A stretch of DNA of 44,681 bases from Gammaproteobacteria bacterium (GCA_009937625.1 JAACFA010000035.1:1-44681); one strand, 5' to 3'. Counted from the stretch's first letter, positions 27,325 through 37,695 are shown. A program made the numbers and translations. The notes: generated by a model from the letters alone, not told the origin.

Positions 27325-29841
27325 ATGAAAATATCTGACGCTGATTATCAGTTCTCGGTTACCGCGACGCCGGATCTCGAGGACGACACCGCCGATATCC
27401 ATTACGTGCCGGCGCCGTGCCAGGTCGCCTGCCCGATCGGCACCGACGCGCCCTCGTATATCGCCTATATCTGGGAAGGCAAGAACGAGGAAGCGCTCGA
27501 AGCGATCACCGCGACCAACCCCTTTAGCGCGATCTGCGGCCGCGTTTGCGATGCGCCCTGCGAACCGGCCTGCCGGCGCGCCGACAGCGATGGCGCGATC
27601 GCGATTCGCAACCTTAAGCGTTACGTGCTGGATTCGTTAGGCCCGGGGTTCGCATTGCCGCCGGTCGCGGTGACCCGCGAGCAGACCGTCGGTATCGTCG
27701 GCGCCGGTCCGGCAGGGCTGACCGCGGCGCACGATCTCGCCGAGGCCGGCTACGAGGTGCACGTCTACGAGGCCACCGATAAGCTCGGCGGCATGATGTT
27801 CTGGGGCATTCCGCGCTTTCGTCTGCCCGAGGAAGCGGTGCAGCAGGATATCGACCGCATGACCGCGCACTGCCCCGGCATCAAGATTCACACCAATACC
27901 GCGCTCGGCGACCAGGTTTCGCTGGACCAGCTGAAGCAGCAACACGCGGCGGTGCTGTTGTCGATCGGCGCCTTTGTCGGCAAGCCGATGGGGATTCCGG
28001 GCGAGTCCGAGCCCTTCGTCAAGGACGGGGTGGGTTTCCTCTACCACGTCAACGCCGGCGCTCGGCCGACCCTGCCGGAAACCGTGCTGGTGATCGGCGG
28101 CGGCGACGTCGCGATGGACGCCTGTCGCGTCGCCAAACGGTTGCCCGGCGTCAAGCACGTCAAGGTCATTTACCGGCGTGACTACGAGGCGATGCCGGCG
28201 CGACGCGAGGAATTGCAGGGCGCGATCGACGAGGGTATCGAGATTGTCTATAACACCCAGCCGGTCGAGGTTATCGACGGCAAGGCGCTGCGCTGCGTGC
28301 GCACCGAAATGGGAGAGCCGGACGAAGACGGTCGTCGGCGGCCGATCAATATCGCGGGCTCGGAGCATGAAATCGAATGCGGTCTCGTGATTGCCGCGGT
28401 CGGCCAGAAGGCCGAATGCGATGAGCTCGCGCAGAGCGGCCTGATGGACTGGGACCGCGTCAAGACCCGCCTCGAGGGCATGGTAACCGAGGATGCGAAG
28501 GTATTCGCCGCGGGCGACGGCGCCTTCGGCGGTTCGACCATCGTCGAAGCGATGTACCAGGGCCACCGCGCGGCCTACTATATGAAGGCATATCTCGAAG
28601 GTAACGAAAATCCCTTGCCCTATCGCACGCCGTACCGCACCCGGCACGTACCAATTTGTAACGATCCGGCCTGGGAAATCAACCCGCGAGTTCATCAGAA
28701 ATTCCATGGCCTCGGCGAGATCCCGATCGAGTTCCCTGAAATCGAATCGACCTACACCGCCGACGAAGCGAAGTTCGAAGCGGCACGCTGTTTTCGCTGC
28801 GACGCCGAAACCGGTTCGGCCGACTATACCGTGACCAGCCGCGAGGCGATTTTCGCGATGTCGCGCATCAACCCGCAGGACGCCGAGATCGAGTCCAGTA
28901 TCCTGCAGGGCAGGCTGGAAAACCGCGATAATCCGTTCGGCATCGAGCACGTCGCGACGCTGGACGACCTGGTATTCCTGCCGGCCAACCTGTCGCGCCT
29001 GGTTATCGACCCGTACCGCGAGGATTGTAAAACCGCGACCGAGCTCGGTGCTATCAATAGCCTCAAGCTCGAGATCCCGTTCGTGGTGGCCGGCATGGAT
29101 CTTGCGCCCGACGAGATTCGCGAAGCCTACGCCACCGCCATTGTGGCCCACGGCGCCGCCTATATCGGCGCGAAACCTATTGGCGACGACGCCAGCTGGA
29201 TACAGATCGCCGAGACCGAAGCCGACACCGCTGCCGATGCCGTCGTATTCAGGGGGGGCCAGGCCATCGAGGCTAGCAAGGTCGAGCGCGCGCGTGATTC
29301 CCAGCCGGTCGGATTGCTGGTGGACAATCACAACCTGGCGCAGGCGATACCCTTCGCGCTGGAGCAGGAAATCGATTTCCTGGTGCTCGACGCCGGGGAC
29401 GGTTTGCCGGGCATCGAAGCCGAGCTTGCGGGCGCGCCCGATATTTCGATTTTGCATCATGCGGTTAGTCAGCTGCGGGCGCTCAACCGCGAGGAAGATA
29501 TCGACCTGGTTTACTTCGGCGGTTTACGCACCGGTACCGACAGCGCAAAAATTCTCGCGCTGGGCGCGACGGCCGTGATCATTGGCGTCGCGGCGGCGCT
29601 TTCGCTCGGCGCCGATATTTCCAGCGGCAGCCCGCTCTACGATGCCGACCTGGATGCCGAGGAGCGCGCCGAGCGCAGTTACAATCTGCTGCAGGCTTTC
29701 AACGCCGAGGCCGCGATGATGGCGCGCTGCACCGGCAAGACCAACGTGCACAACCTCGAACCCGAAGACCTGCGCGCGATCACGCTGACGGTGTCGCATG
29801 CCGCGGGCGTGCCGATGGCGGGGAGTTTGAATCAGCATTGA
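27325..29841 (+). CDS. GltD-like FAD/NAD(P)H Fe-S oxidoreductase fused to a degenerate glutamate-synthase FMN barrel
   Basis: PCQVACP, ICGRVCDAPCEPACRR, GAGPAG, GGGDVAMD..YRR and ARCFRCD, then TLDDLVFLPANLSRLVIDPYRE...GGLRTGTD..K.LALGA...KTNVHNLEPEDL. Confidence 0.85.
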   Translation: MKISDADYQFSVTATPDLEDDTADIHYVPAPCQVACPIGTDAPSYIAYIWEGKNEEALEAITATNPFSAICGRVCDAPCEPACRRADSDGAIAIRNLKRYVLDSLGPGFALPPVAVTREQTVGIVGAGPAGLTAAHDLAEAGYEVHVYEATDKLGGMMFWGIPRFRLPEEAVQQDIDRMTAHCPGIKIHTNTALGDQVSLDQLKQQHAAVLLSIGAFVGKPMGIPGESEPFVKDGVGFLYHVNAGARPTLPETVLVIGGGDVAMDACRVAKRLPGVKHVKVIYRRDYEAMPARREELQGAIDEGIEIVYNTQPVEVIDGKALRCVRTEMGEPDEDGRRRPINIAGSEHEIECGLVIAAVGQKAECDELAQSGLMDWDRVKTRLEGMVTEDAKVFAAGDGAFGGSTIVEAMYQGHRAAYYMKAYLEGNENPLPYRTPYRTRHVPICNDPAWEINPRVHQKFHGLGEIPIEFPEIESTYTADEAKFEAARCFRCDAETGSADYTVTSREAIFAMSRINPQDAEIESSILQGRLENRDNPFGIEHVATLDDLVFLPANLSRLVIDPYREDCKTATELGAINSLKLEIPFVVAGMDLAPDEIREAYATAIVAHGAAYIGAKPIGDDASWIQIAETEADTAADAVVFRGGQAIEASKVERARDSQPVGLLVDNHNLAQAIPFALEQEIDFLVLDAGDGLPGIEAELAGAPDISILHHAVSQLRALNREEDIDLVYFGGLRTGTDSAKILALGATAVIIGVAAALSLGADISSGSPLYDADLDAEERAERSYNLLQAFNAEAAMMARCTGKTNVHNLEPEDLRAITLTVSHAAGVPMAGSLNQH

Positions 29842-29896
29842 TCTGTCATTAGAATGCCAGCATCGATATAACCATAAAGCCTAAGGGGGTAAACAA

Positions 29897-31213
29897 GTGG
29901 CCAAAGATCTCGAAGCGATCGCAAAAGCAAAAAAAATAAAGTATTTCCTGGTGAGCTGGGTCGACCTGTTCGGCGTGCTGCGCGCCAAGCTGGTGCCGGC
30001 GCGCGCGATCAAGGGGATGCAGAAAGACGGCGCCGGCTTTGCCGGGTTCGCGGCCTGGCTCGACATGACGCCGGCACACCCGGACCTGTTTGCCATTCCC
30101 GATCCCGACAGCCTGATTCAACTGCCGTGGAAACCGGAAATCGGCTGGGTCGCGGCGGACCTGTGGATGGATGGCAAGGAAGTCGAGGCTTCGCCCCGGG
30201 TCGCACTCAAGCGGCAACTCGCCAAAGCCCGGAAAAAAGGTTACCGCATGAAGACCGGGGTCGAGTGCGAGTACCACCTGATTACCTCTGACGGCAGCAG
30301 CATCGCCGACGCCGCCGACACCCAGTCCAAACCCTGTTATGACCAGCTGGCCTTGATGCGCCAGTACCCGGTGATCGGAGAAATTTGCGACTGCATGCTC
30401 AAGCTGGGCTGGAATCCCTACCAGAACGATCACGAGGACGCCAACGGGCAGTTCGAGATGAACTGGGATTACGACGATGCGCTGAAAACCGCCGATAAGC
30501 ACGTGTTTTTCAAGTACATGGTCAAGACGATTGCCGAAAATCACGGCCTGCGCGCGACCTTCATGCCGAAGCCGTTCACACATCTGACCGGTAACGGTTG
30601 TCACGCTCACGTCTCGCTATGGGATCGTGCCGGCAAGAAGAACCTGTTCGCCACCGCTCGCAGGGAGCCGCGGGACCTTGGCCTGTCACCGCTCGCCTAC
30701 AAGGCGCTGGGCGGCATCATGCACAACGCCCAGGACTTGACCGCAATTTTCAATCCCACGGTCAACAGCTACAAGCGCATCAATGCACCGCGCACGCTAT
30801 CGGGCGCCACCTGGTCGCCCAACGCGGTGACCTACAGCGGTAACAATCGTACCCACATGATTCGTGTGCCCGAGGACGGGCGTTTCGAACTGCGCTTGAT
30901 GGACGGTTCGGCTAATCCCTATCTAATGCAGGCCGGTGTGCTGGCCGCAATTCTCGACGGCATCGAGAACAAGCGCGATCCGGGCGATCCGATCCATCTG
31001 AACATGTACGAGGAAGGGCACAAGGTCAAGAGTGCGAAGAAACTGCCGGGTAACCTGCTCGATGCATTACGCCAACTTGATCGTAACAAGGAAATCCGTG
31101 CCGGTCTGGGCGACGAACTGATCGACGCCTACATCAAGCTCAAGCTCGATGAGTGGACCAACTACATGAGCAGCCTGAGCGACTGGGAACGAGCCAACAC
31201 GCTGGATTGCTGA
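29897..31213 (+). CDS. gmaS: Gamma-glutamylmethylamide synthetase (GlnT-type glutamate-methylamine ligase)
   Basis: IKYFL...DLFGVLRAKLVPA, GAGFAGFAAWLDMTPAHPD, KPCYDQ, YQNDHEDANGQFEMNW, SGATWSPN and NNRTHMIR. Confidence 0.92.
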   Translation: MAKDLEAIAKAKKIKYFLVSWVDLFGVLRAKLVPARAIKGMQKDGAGFAGFAAWLDMTPAHPDLFAIPDPDSLIQLPWKPEIGWVAADLWMDGKEVEASPRVALKRQLAKARKKGYRMKTGVECEYHLITSDGSSIADAADTQSKPCYDQLALMRQYPVIGEICDCMLKLGWNPYQNDHEDANGQFEMNWDYDDALKTADKHVFFKYMVKTIAENHGLRATFMPKPFTHLTGNGCHAHVSLWDRAGKKNLFATARREPRDLGLSPLAYKALGGIMHNAQDLTAIFNPTVNSYKRINAPRTLSGATWSPNAVTYSGNNRTHMIRVPEDGRFELRLMDGSANPYLMQAGVLAAILDGIENKRDPGDPIHLNMYEEGHKVKSAKKLPGNLLDALRQLDRNKEIRAGLGDELIDAYIKLKLDEWTNYMSSLSDWERANTLDC

Positions 31214-31215
31214 AC

Positions 31216-31300
31216 AATCGGGGACAGTTTACTGATGCGCCGGTAACGCCATGCGAATCAACGCAGATGTTGGCTAAATAAGTAGACTGTCCCCCGAATT
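31216..31300. repeat. GGGGACAG-type inverted repeat element (REPIN/MITE-like)
   Basis: AATCGGGGACAGTTTACT (31216-31233) is inverted relative to AGTAGACTGTCCCCCGAATT (31281-31300). A similar half copy, AATCAGGGGACAG, lies at about 1942. Confidence 0.6.
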
Positions 31301-31461
31301 ACCCTCATCGATTCTTAATTTAAGTGTCGCTTTCGAGATACTTTCGCAGCTATCGAGCCCCTATGATACGCCGACTGGGAATCCTGCCGGCGCAAGCCTG
31401 CATGGAGGTAAAGATGCGCGCAGACGCATGTAACCGTTGATAATTTTCTACGGAGATAATG

Positions 31462-33135
31462 ATGGCTAAAAGTGATATCGAAATTGCTCGTGAAGCAACC
31501 CTGAAACCGATCACGGAAATCGCGCACCGGCTCGATATTTCCCCGGACGATTTCAAACCCTACGGGCACGACAAGGCGAAGCTGACATCCGAGTTCATCA
31601 ACTCGCTGCAGGACAAGCCCGATGGCAAGCTGATCCTGGTCACCGCGATTTCACCGACGCCGGCGGGCGAGGGCAAGACCACGACCACGGTCGGGCTGGG
31701 CGACGGTCTCAACAGCATCGGCAAGCAAGCCGTCATGTGCCTGCGCGAGCCCAGCCTCGGACCCTGTTTCGGCATGAAGGGCGGGGCAGCCGGTGGCGGC
31801 TATGCCCAGGTGGTGCCGATGGAAGATATCAACCTGCACTTCACCGGCGACTTCCACGCCATCGGAGCCGCACACAACCTGCTGTCGGCGCTGGTCGATA
31901 ACCACGTGCAGTGGGAAAACAAGTCGGGTATCGATGCGCGCCGCATTACCTGGAAGCGCGTCATGGACATGAACGACCGCACCCTGCGCGATATCACCAT
32001 CGGCCTCGGCGGACCCGGCAACGGCACCCCGCGCGAGAGCGGCTTCGACATCACCGTGGCCTCGGAAATCATGGCAATCTTCTGTCTCGCCACCGACCTC
32101 GACGACCTGAGTCGCCGTATCGGCAACATCGTGGTCGGCTACACGCGCGACCAGAAGCCGGTGCTGGCGCGCGACGTCAACGCGCCGGGCGCGATGACGG
32201 TATTGCTGAAGGATGCCTTCATGCCGAACCTGGTGCAGACGCTGGAAAATAACCCCGCCTTCATCCACGGCGGCCCGTTCGCCAATATCGCGCACGGCTG
32301 CAACTCGGTGATCGCCACCAAAACCGCGCTCAAGCTGGCCGACTACGTCGTCACCGAAGCCGGTTTTGGAGCCGATCTCGGCGCCGAGAAATTTTTCGAT
32401 ATCAAGTGCCGCAAAGCGGGCCTGAGTCCCGACGCGGTGGTGCTGGTGGCGACCGCGCGAGCGTTGAAAATGCATGGCGGCGTGGCCAAGGATCAACTCG
32501 CCGGTGAAAACGTCGAGGCCATCGTCAGGGGCTGCGACAATCTCGGTCGACATATCCGTAACCTGAAACAGTTCGGCGTGCCGGTGACGGTCGCGATAAA
32601 CCGTTTCTCCGCCGACACCGAGGGTGAATTGGACGCGATTCGAGAATTTTGTGACGCGCTCGAGGTCAAGGCTTTCGACTGTAACCACTGGGGCGAGGGC
32701 AGCAAGGGAACCCAGGAACTAGCGCGGCACGTCGCCGAGGTTGCGGATTCCGGGCAGTCGCAGTTCCACACGCTGTACGACGACGACATGCCCTTATGGG
32801 ACAAGGCGCGCCATATCGCGCGCACGCTCTACGGCGCCGACGATATCATTGCCGACAAGAAAGTACGCGATCAGTTTGCCCGTTTCGAAGCCGACGGATA
32901 CGGCCACTTCCCGGTCTGCATGGCCAAGACCCAGTACAGTTTTTCCACCGACCCTTCGCTGATCGGCGCGCCCAGCGGGCACGAAGTGCCGATTCGTGAA
33001 GTGCGCCTGTCGGCCGGCGCCGAGTTCATTGTTGCGGTTTGCGGAGACATCATGACCATGCCGGGATTGCCGCGGGTGCCCTCGGCGGACAATATTCACC
33101 TGAATGCGGACGGCCAGGTCGAGGGCTTGTTTTAG
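31462..33135 (+). CDS. fhs: Formate--tetrahydrofolate ligase
   Basis: [66 protein letters not shown] and [10 protein letters not shown] (alternative start at 31459). Confidence 0.97.
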   Translation: MAKSDIEIAREATLKPITEIAHRLDISPDDFKPYGHDKAKLTSEFINSLQDKPDGKLILVTAISPTPAGEGKTTTTVGLGDGLNSIGKQAVMCLREPSLGPCFGMKGGAAGGGYAQVVPMEDINLHFTGDFHAIGAAHNLLSALVDNHVQWENKSGIDARRITWKRVMDMNDRTLRDITIGLGGPGNGTPRESGFDITVASEIMAIFCLATDLDDLSRRIGNIVVGYTRDQKPVLARDVNAPGAMTVLLKDAFMPNLVQTLENNPAFIHGGPFANIAHGCNSVIATKTALKLADYVVTEAGFGADLGAEKFFDIKCRKAGLSPDAVVLVATARALKMHGGVAKDQLAGENVEAIVRGCDNLGRHIRNLKQFGVPVTVAINRFSADTEGELDAIREFCDALEVKAFDCNHWGEGSKGTQELARHVAEVADSGQSQFHTLYDDDMPLWDKARHIARTLYGADDIIADKKVRDQFARFEADGYGHFPVCMAKTQYSFSTDPSLIGAPSGHEVPIREVRLSAGAEFIVAVCGDIMTMPGLPRVPSADNIHLNADGQVEGLF

Positions 33136-33175
33136 CCGGGAGTGGAACCCTCACTGAATAATAAAGGAGTCCGGG

Positions 33176-33199
33176 GTCATTCCCGCGCAAGCGGGGATC
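33176..33199 (+). repeat. Single GTCAT-tagged REP-like palindrome
   Basis: GTCATTCCCGCGCAAGCGGGGATC, identical to 37584-37607. Confidence 0.75.
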
Positions 33200-33303
33200 T
33201 TGTATCAAACAGGAAGCATATTCTTCAAGATTTCCGACCGGTCGTGCCGGTTTTCTGAAGCGAAGCATGTGAACTGAGTTCAAATTAGGAGCGTATAGGT
33301 TTT

Positions 33304-33831
33304 ATGGACCCCGCCGAACAGTATCAAAGTTTTATCTCCTGGCAGTGCCGCCTGCGTAAGCTCGCCATGCGCGAGCGAGACGGGCGCCCCAGCGAGGGCA
33401 TGAGAGCCGGTATACACGCGGTCGCCGGGGGTGACGAACAGGCCCGGATCAACGTCCTGATCAACCGTGTGAACTCATCCGATCGCACCAGCGAGTTCCG
33501 TCATATCATCCGCAAAACGCACGATTCGAGTCAATGGGTAAAGAACGGACTGCGGATCCTGGCCGAACTGCATTATCACGAAACAGATCAGTTCGTGAAC
33601 GAATTATCCGCGCTGTTCAGTTACGACTCTTCAATCGCCTATGCCTTGCTAAAGGCAGGGCAGTGCAAGCTGAGGTTCGCCGAGGGCAGCATCGAGCATG
33701 CTTTCGATTTCGATGTCAGGTCGCTGGACCAGGATGACGAGCTGTTCCAGGCAACCTACTGGCACAATCACCTGTTCAACCCCGCGCTGCCGGGCAAGGT
33801 GCGGGTGCTGGCGTTTACGCCGCGGTTATAA
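33304..33831 (+). CDS. Hypothetical protein (WQCRxR ... TYWHNxLFNP motifs)
   Basis: 175-aa ORF downstream of fhs; its stop overlaps that of the convergent GATase gene. Confidence 0.75.
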   Translation: MDPAEQYQSFISWQCRLRKLAMRERDGRPSEGMRAGIHAVAGGDEQARINVLINRVNSSDRTSEFRHIIRKTHDSSQWVKNGLRILAELHYHETDQFVNELSALFSYDSSIAYALLKAGQCKLRFAEGSIEHAFDFDVRSLDQDDELFQATYWHNHLFNPALPGKVRVLAFTPRL

Positions 33832-34548
33832 AATTTTCTTAAAGTTTTCGTAGAGCAATTCCGCCAGCCGGTTCATCTCCGGCATCGCGGCACGGGCCCG
33901 CTGGTCGAACTGTTCCAGGGCATCGGTGCCGAGGCTGTTTACCAGCGCCGACCTGTACTCCGGGACACAACCCCACTGCATCACCGTATCGGCACGCACT
34001 TCGATGTGAAACTGCACCGCGTAGGCGTGCTCGCGGTACTTGAAAATCTGGTAGCGGGTGCTGTCCGAGGAACCCAGCACGGTCACCTCGGCGTTGTTCT
34101 CGAGATCGCACACCTCGTAAGAATGCCACTGCACCGCCGCGATGGTTTGCGGGTAGTCGCCGAACAGCGAGTCCTGTCGTGCCGCCGGCGTCATGTCGAT
34201 ATCGAGCACGCCGATTTCCGGCGGGTCCGACGGCTGCACCTTGCCGCCCAGCACTTCGCCGAGCAGCTGGCAGCCGAGGCAAAACCCGAGGAAGGGTTTT
34301 TGCAGGTCTACGACCCATTCGCGGATTCGCTTTTTTTCCTCGACCAGCCATGGGTGCTCGTCTTCCATCCAGGTGTCCATCGGACCGCCCATGCAAAGCA
34401 TCGCTTCAAAGTCGGCGAGGTCGGCCGGGATGGTTTCGCCCGCGTCGAGCTCGATCTGGGTCAACCTGAATCCGTCAGCTTCCATCAGGTCCTTGATATA
34501 GCCGGGATCTTCGATCGCGATATGTTGTAACACCAGGATATTTTTCAT
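33826..34548 (-). CDS. Type 1 glutamine amidotransferase-like protein (stand-alone; possible gamma-glutamyl-amide hydrolase)
   Basis: LQH..EDPG, MGGPM, nucleophile elbow GFCLGCQLL, QWHS and QFHIE (Cys-His-Glu triad). Confidence 0.9.
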   Translation of the reverse strand: MKNILVLQHIAIEDPGYIKDLMEADGFRLTQIELDAGETIPADLADFEAMLCMGGPMDTWMEDEHPWLVEEKKRIREWVVDLQKPFLGFCLGCQLLGEVLGGKVQPSDPPEIGVLDIDMTPAARQDSLFGDYPQTIAAVQWHSYEVCDLENNAEVTVLGSSDSTRYQIFKYREHAYAVQFHIEVRADTVMQWGCVPEYRSALVNSLGTDALEQFDQRARAAMPEMNRLAELLYENFKKIL

Positions 34549-35051
34549 TGGTCTTCCAGGTAGATTGAGAGTTCCCGCAAATGACGTTCGTCGTCGTGAT
34601 CGTCGATCGACTGCGTGCGCGCGATGTGTTCGACGTAATGCGACGGAAATTCATGCTCCAGCGCGCCGCGCAGCACGTGCTCCTTGTACCAGTGATAGGG
34701 CCGTCGCCGCCGATCGATTTCCAGCGCGAAGTAGGTAAAGACCTCGATGCCCTCGCCGTGCAGGGCGGTAACCTGGATCTCCCGGCGCTCGTAGCCGATA
34801 CCGGCACCTTCGTAAACATCGAGCTCGAGCCTGTCGTCGTGCGTCATCAGATAGACCGCGCCATAGACGATATCTCCCGGATTGCCGGTAAAGTCGATAT
34901 CGCACTTGCCCGATAAATCCCGCCCTTTCTTGTGCCAGCAAAGTTGATGCTGATGCAGCGTCGCGACGCAATGTTTTGAGGCCTGGGGGATGCGTTCCAG
35001 CAGGCGCGCGCTCGACAGGTTCGAGCCGAAAGCGAAATAACTAGTCTTCAT
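34545..35051 (-). CDS. Gamma-glutamylcyclotransferase family protein
   Basis: YFAFGSNL, VYGAVY, LDVYEG..GYER and PYHWYKEHVLRGALEH; ATGA overlap with the GATase gene. Confidence 0.88.
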   Translation of the reverse strand: MKTSYFAFGSNLSSARLLERIPQASKHCVATLHQHQLCWHKKGRDLSGKCDIDFTGNPGDIVYGAVYLMTHDDRLELDVYEGAGIGYERREIQVTALHGEGIEVFTYFALEIDRRRRPYHWYKEHVLRGALEHEFPSHYVEHIARTQSIDDHDDERHLRELSIYLEDQ

Positions 35052-35583
35052 TCGGGTCCGCCGGCCCCTGTTCCAGTTTGGCATAAAGCTGATTGACGCT
35101 CGGCTGAATCAGCCAGATGCCGAGCGGAAAAATGAACAGCATGAAAAAGGTGCTGCTGAAAATCATGAAATCGGCTTCCGTGTTTTCCTGCAGCGACTTG
35201 AGCTGACGCGCGGTATACCACAGGCCGTAAAATGTGCCGACCATCGAAAACATGTGCATCGGCAGCAGCCAGAGCGGCGGTCTCGACGGTACGCCGTCCT
35301 GCAGCAGGGGGATATAGAGGAAGATGTACATCAACAGGTAGACGATCGGAAGCAGCAGGCCGACCGCGAAAGGGAGCGGGCTGCGTTGGCGCGACTCGGG
35401 CAACTGTCGATTCGCCCAGGCGCCGATGCTGAGCATCCAGCCAAACAGCACCAGTAACATGAACAGTCCGATCGTCGCTACCACCAGCGGTTCGAGCGGG
35501 AGGTCGAACATCAGGCTCATGATGGTCGGCAACGCCAGCATCAGGAACAGCTCCCAGTGACGCAGTTTGAGAAAAAATGTCAT
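35041..35583 (-). CDS. Hypothetical integral membrane protein (about 5 TM)
   Basis: FLKLRHWELF N-terminus, several hydrophobic helices and FPLGIWLIQPSVN; overlaps the GGCT start. Confidence 0.75.
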   Translation of the reverse strand: MTFFLKLRHWELFLMLALPTIMSLMFDLPLEPLVVATIGLFMLLVLFGWMLSIGAWANRQLPESRQRSPLPFAVGLLLPIVYLLMYIFLYIPLLQDGVPSRPPLWLLPMHMFSMVGTFYGLWYTARQLKSLQENTEADFMIFSSTFFMLFIFPLGIWLIQPSVNQLYAKLEQGPADPNED

Positions 35584-35662
35584 GCGCGGAGTTTCAGTGT
35601 TGCGATACCGCGCAATTATAGAGGGGCGTGCCTGTCAACAAAAGCACACTAATTTCGGGGGT

Positions 35663-37510
35663 TCAGGCGGCGCTACTGCGAGCAGCGCGCTTGCGTTCGT
35701 GCTCGAGCAACAGTTTCTTGCGAATGCGGATATTCTTCGGCGTTACCTCGACCAGCTCGTCGTCGTCGATAAACTCGAGCGCCTGCTCCAGCGTCATCCG
35801 CACCGGTTTGGTCAGGATCAGGTTTTCATCGGTGCCGGCAGCGCGGATATTGGTCAGCTGCTTGGCCTTGAGCGGGTTTACCACGAGATCGTTGGCGCGG
35901 CTGTGGATGCCAACCACCATGCCCTCGTAAACCGGTTCCGCGTGGCCGATCATCAGGCGTCCGCGCTCCTGCAGGTTGAACAGGGCGTAAGCCAGCGCCT
36001 TGCCGGTGGCGGTCGAAATCAAGACGCCGTTCTGGCGCTGACCGATGGCGCCATCGATCTTCGGCCCGTAGTGATCGAACACATGGTAAATCAGGCCGCT
36101 GCCAGAGCTTAAGGTCAGGAACTCGGCCTGGAAGCCGATCAGGCCGCGTGACGGAATCACGTAGTCTATGCGCACGCGGCCGTTGCCGTCGGGCAGCATA
36201 TCCTTGAGTTCGGCCTTGCGCTTGCCGAGCGCTTCCATCACCGCACCCTGGTTCTGTTCCTCGACATCGACGGTAAGCTGCTCGTAGGGTTCGCAGGCCT
36301 CGCCGTCGATTTCTCGAATAATGACTTCGGGCCGGGATACCGACAGCTCGAAACCCTCGCGCCGCATGTTTTCGATCAGGATACCGAGATGCAGCTCGCC
36401 GCGTCCGCTGACGCGAAACTTGTCGGCGTCCGCCAGCTGCTCCACGCGCAGCGCGACGTTATGCAGGCACTCGCGCTGCAGGCGTTCTTCGATCTGGCGC
36501 GAGGTCAGGAATTTCCCGTCCTGGCCGCAGAAGGGTGAACTGTTGACGCTGAAGGTCATGCTGACGGTGGGTTCGTCAACCGTCAGCGGCGGCAGCGCCT
36601 CGACCCGGTTTCGATCGCACAGGGTGTCGGAAATGAATAATGGATCGATGCCGGAGAACACGATGATGTCGCCGGCCTGGGCGGATTCGACCTCGATGCG
36701 CTGCAGCCCGTCGAAACCGAACAATTGCATCATGCGGCCGTCACGAAGCTTGCCCTCGGCATCGATTATCTTGATCGCGGTGTTGCGTGCGATCTGGCCC
36801 CGGGTAATGCGACCGATACCGAGTACGCCCTTGTAGCTGTCGTAGTCGAGGCTCGATACCTGCAACTGAAACGGGCCGTCTACCTCGACGCTGGGAGGCT
36901 CGACGTGTTCGATGATCGCCTCGAACAGCGGCGTCATATCGCCGCTGCGATCCTGGTCGTTGTCGCTGGCATAACCGTTAAGCGCCGAGGCGTAGATTAC
37001 CGGGAAGTCGAGCTGTTTTTCAGTGGCGCCGAGCCGGTCGAACAGATCGAATACCTGGTCGATGACCCAGTCGGGTCGCGCGCCGTTACGGTCGATTTTG
37101 TTGATCACGACGATCGGGGTAAAGCCCATGGCGAAGGCTTTTTGCGTGACGAAGCGGGTTTGCGGCATTGGCCCCTCGACCGCGTCCACCAGCAGCAGCA
37201 CCGAGTCGACCATCGACAGGATGCGTTCGACCTCGCCGCCGAAATCGGCGTGCCCCGGCGTATCGACGATATTGATGCGGAAGTCCTGGCCGCTACCCGT
37301 TTGTTGCCAGTTGATGGCGGTGTTCTTGGACAGGATCGTAATGCCACGTTCTTTCTCGAGCTCGTTCGAGTCCATGACGCGCTCGCTGTCGTCGGCGCGG
37401 CTGTCCAGCGTGCCGGACTGGCGCAGCAATTGATCGACCAGCGTGGTTTTTCCGTGGTCGACATGCGCGATGATTGCGATATTTCGCAGGTTGTCTCGTT
37501 GCGTGCTCAT
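35663..37510 (-). CDS. typA: Translational GTPase TypA/BipA
   Basis: [48 protein letters not shown] and DDELVEVTP. Confidence 0.97.
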   Translation of the reverse strand: MSTQRDNLRNIAIIAHVDHGKTTLVDQLLRQSGTLDSRADDSERVMDSNELEKERGITILSKNTAINWQQTGSGQDFRINIVDTPGHADFGGEVERILSMVDSVLLLVDAVEGPMPQTRFVTQKAFAMGFTPIVVINKIDRNGARPDWVIDQVFDLFDRLGATEKQLDFPVIYASALNGYASDNDQDRSGDMTPLFEAIIEHVEPPSVEVDGPFQLQVSSLDYDSYKGVLGIGRITRGQIARNTAIKIIDAEGKLRDGRMMQLFGFDGLQRIEVESAQAGDIIVFSGIDPLFISDTLCDRNRVEALPPLTVDEPTVSMTFSVNSSPFCGQDGKFLTSRQIEERLQRECLHNVALRVEQLADADKFRVSGRGELHLGILIENMRREGFELSVSRPEVIIREIDGEACEPYEQLTVDVEEQNQGAVMEALGKRKAELKDMLPDGNGRVRIDYVIPSRGLIGFQAEFLTLSSGSGLIYHVFDHYGPKIDGAIGQRQNGVLISTATGKALAYALFNLQERGRLMIGHAEPVYEGMVVGIHSRANDLVVNPLKAKQLTNIRAAGTDENLILTKPVRMTLEQALEFIDDDELVEVTPKNIRIRKKLLLEHERKRAARSSAA

Positions 37511-37583
37511 AGGGGGATTACAGGGCAGGGTAAGGCGCGCGATTATAATGGTTTGGGGCTATTCCACAACCCCCCCAACGGGA

Positions 37584-37692
37584 GTCATTCCCGCGCAAGC
37601 GGGGATCCTGTGAGAGTGGCAGCGTTACGAGATTACCGCTTGCGCGGGAATGACTTGCGTCTGTGGCAGCCCGGTGCGGACACCGGAATGAC
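37584..37692. repeat. Cluster of GTCAT-tagged REP-like palindromes
   Basis: GTCATTCCCGCGCAAGCGGGGATC (37584-37607), inverted GATTACCGCTTGCGCGGGAATGAC (37631-37654) and variant CCGGTGCGGACACCGGAATGAC (37671-37692). Confidence 0.78.
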
Positions 37693-37695
37693 TGG

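Noticed and set aside
27637-29460. 607-aa minus-strand ORF and other long antisense ORFs (13769-15097, 22264-23580, 10437-11417, 3927-4976)
   Set aside because: They lie wholly antisense to well-supported genes and have no motifs; these are shadow ORFs expected from high-GC codon usage.
37584-37692. CRISPR-like array
   Set aside because: The units are inverted palindromes, only three copies, with no regular spacers and no cas genes.
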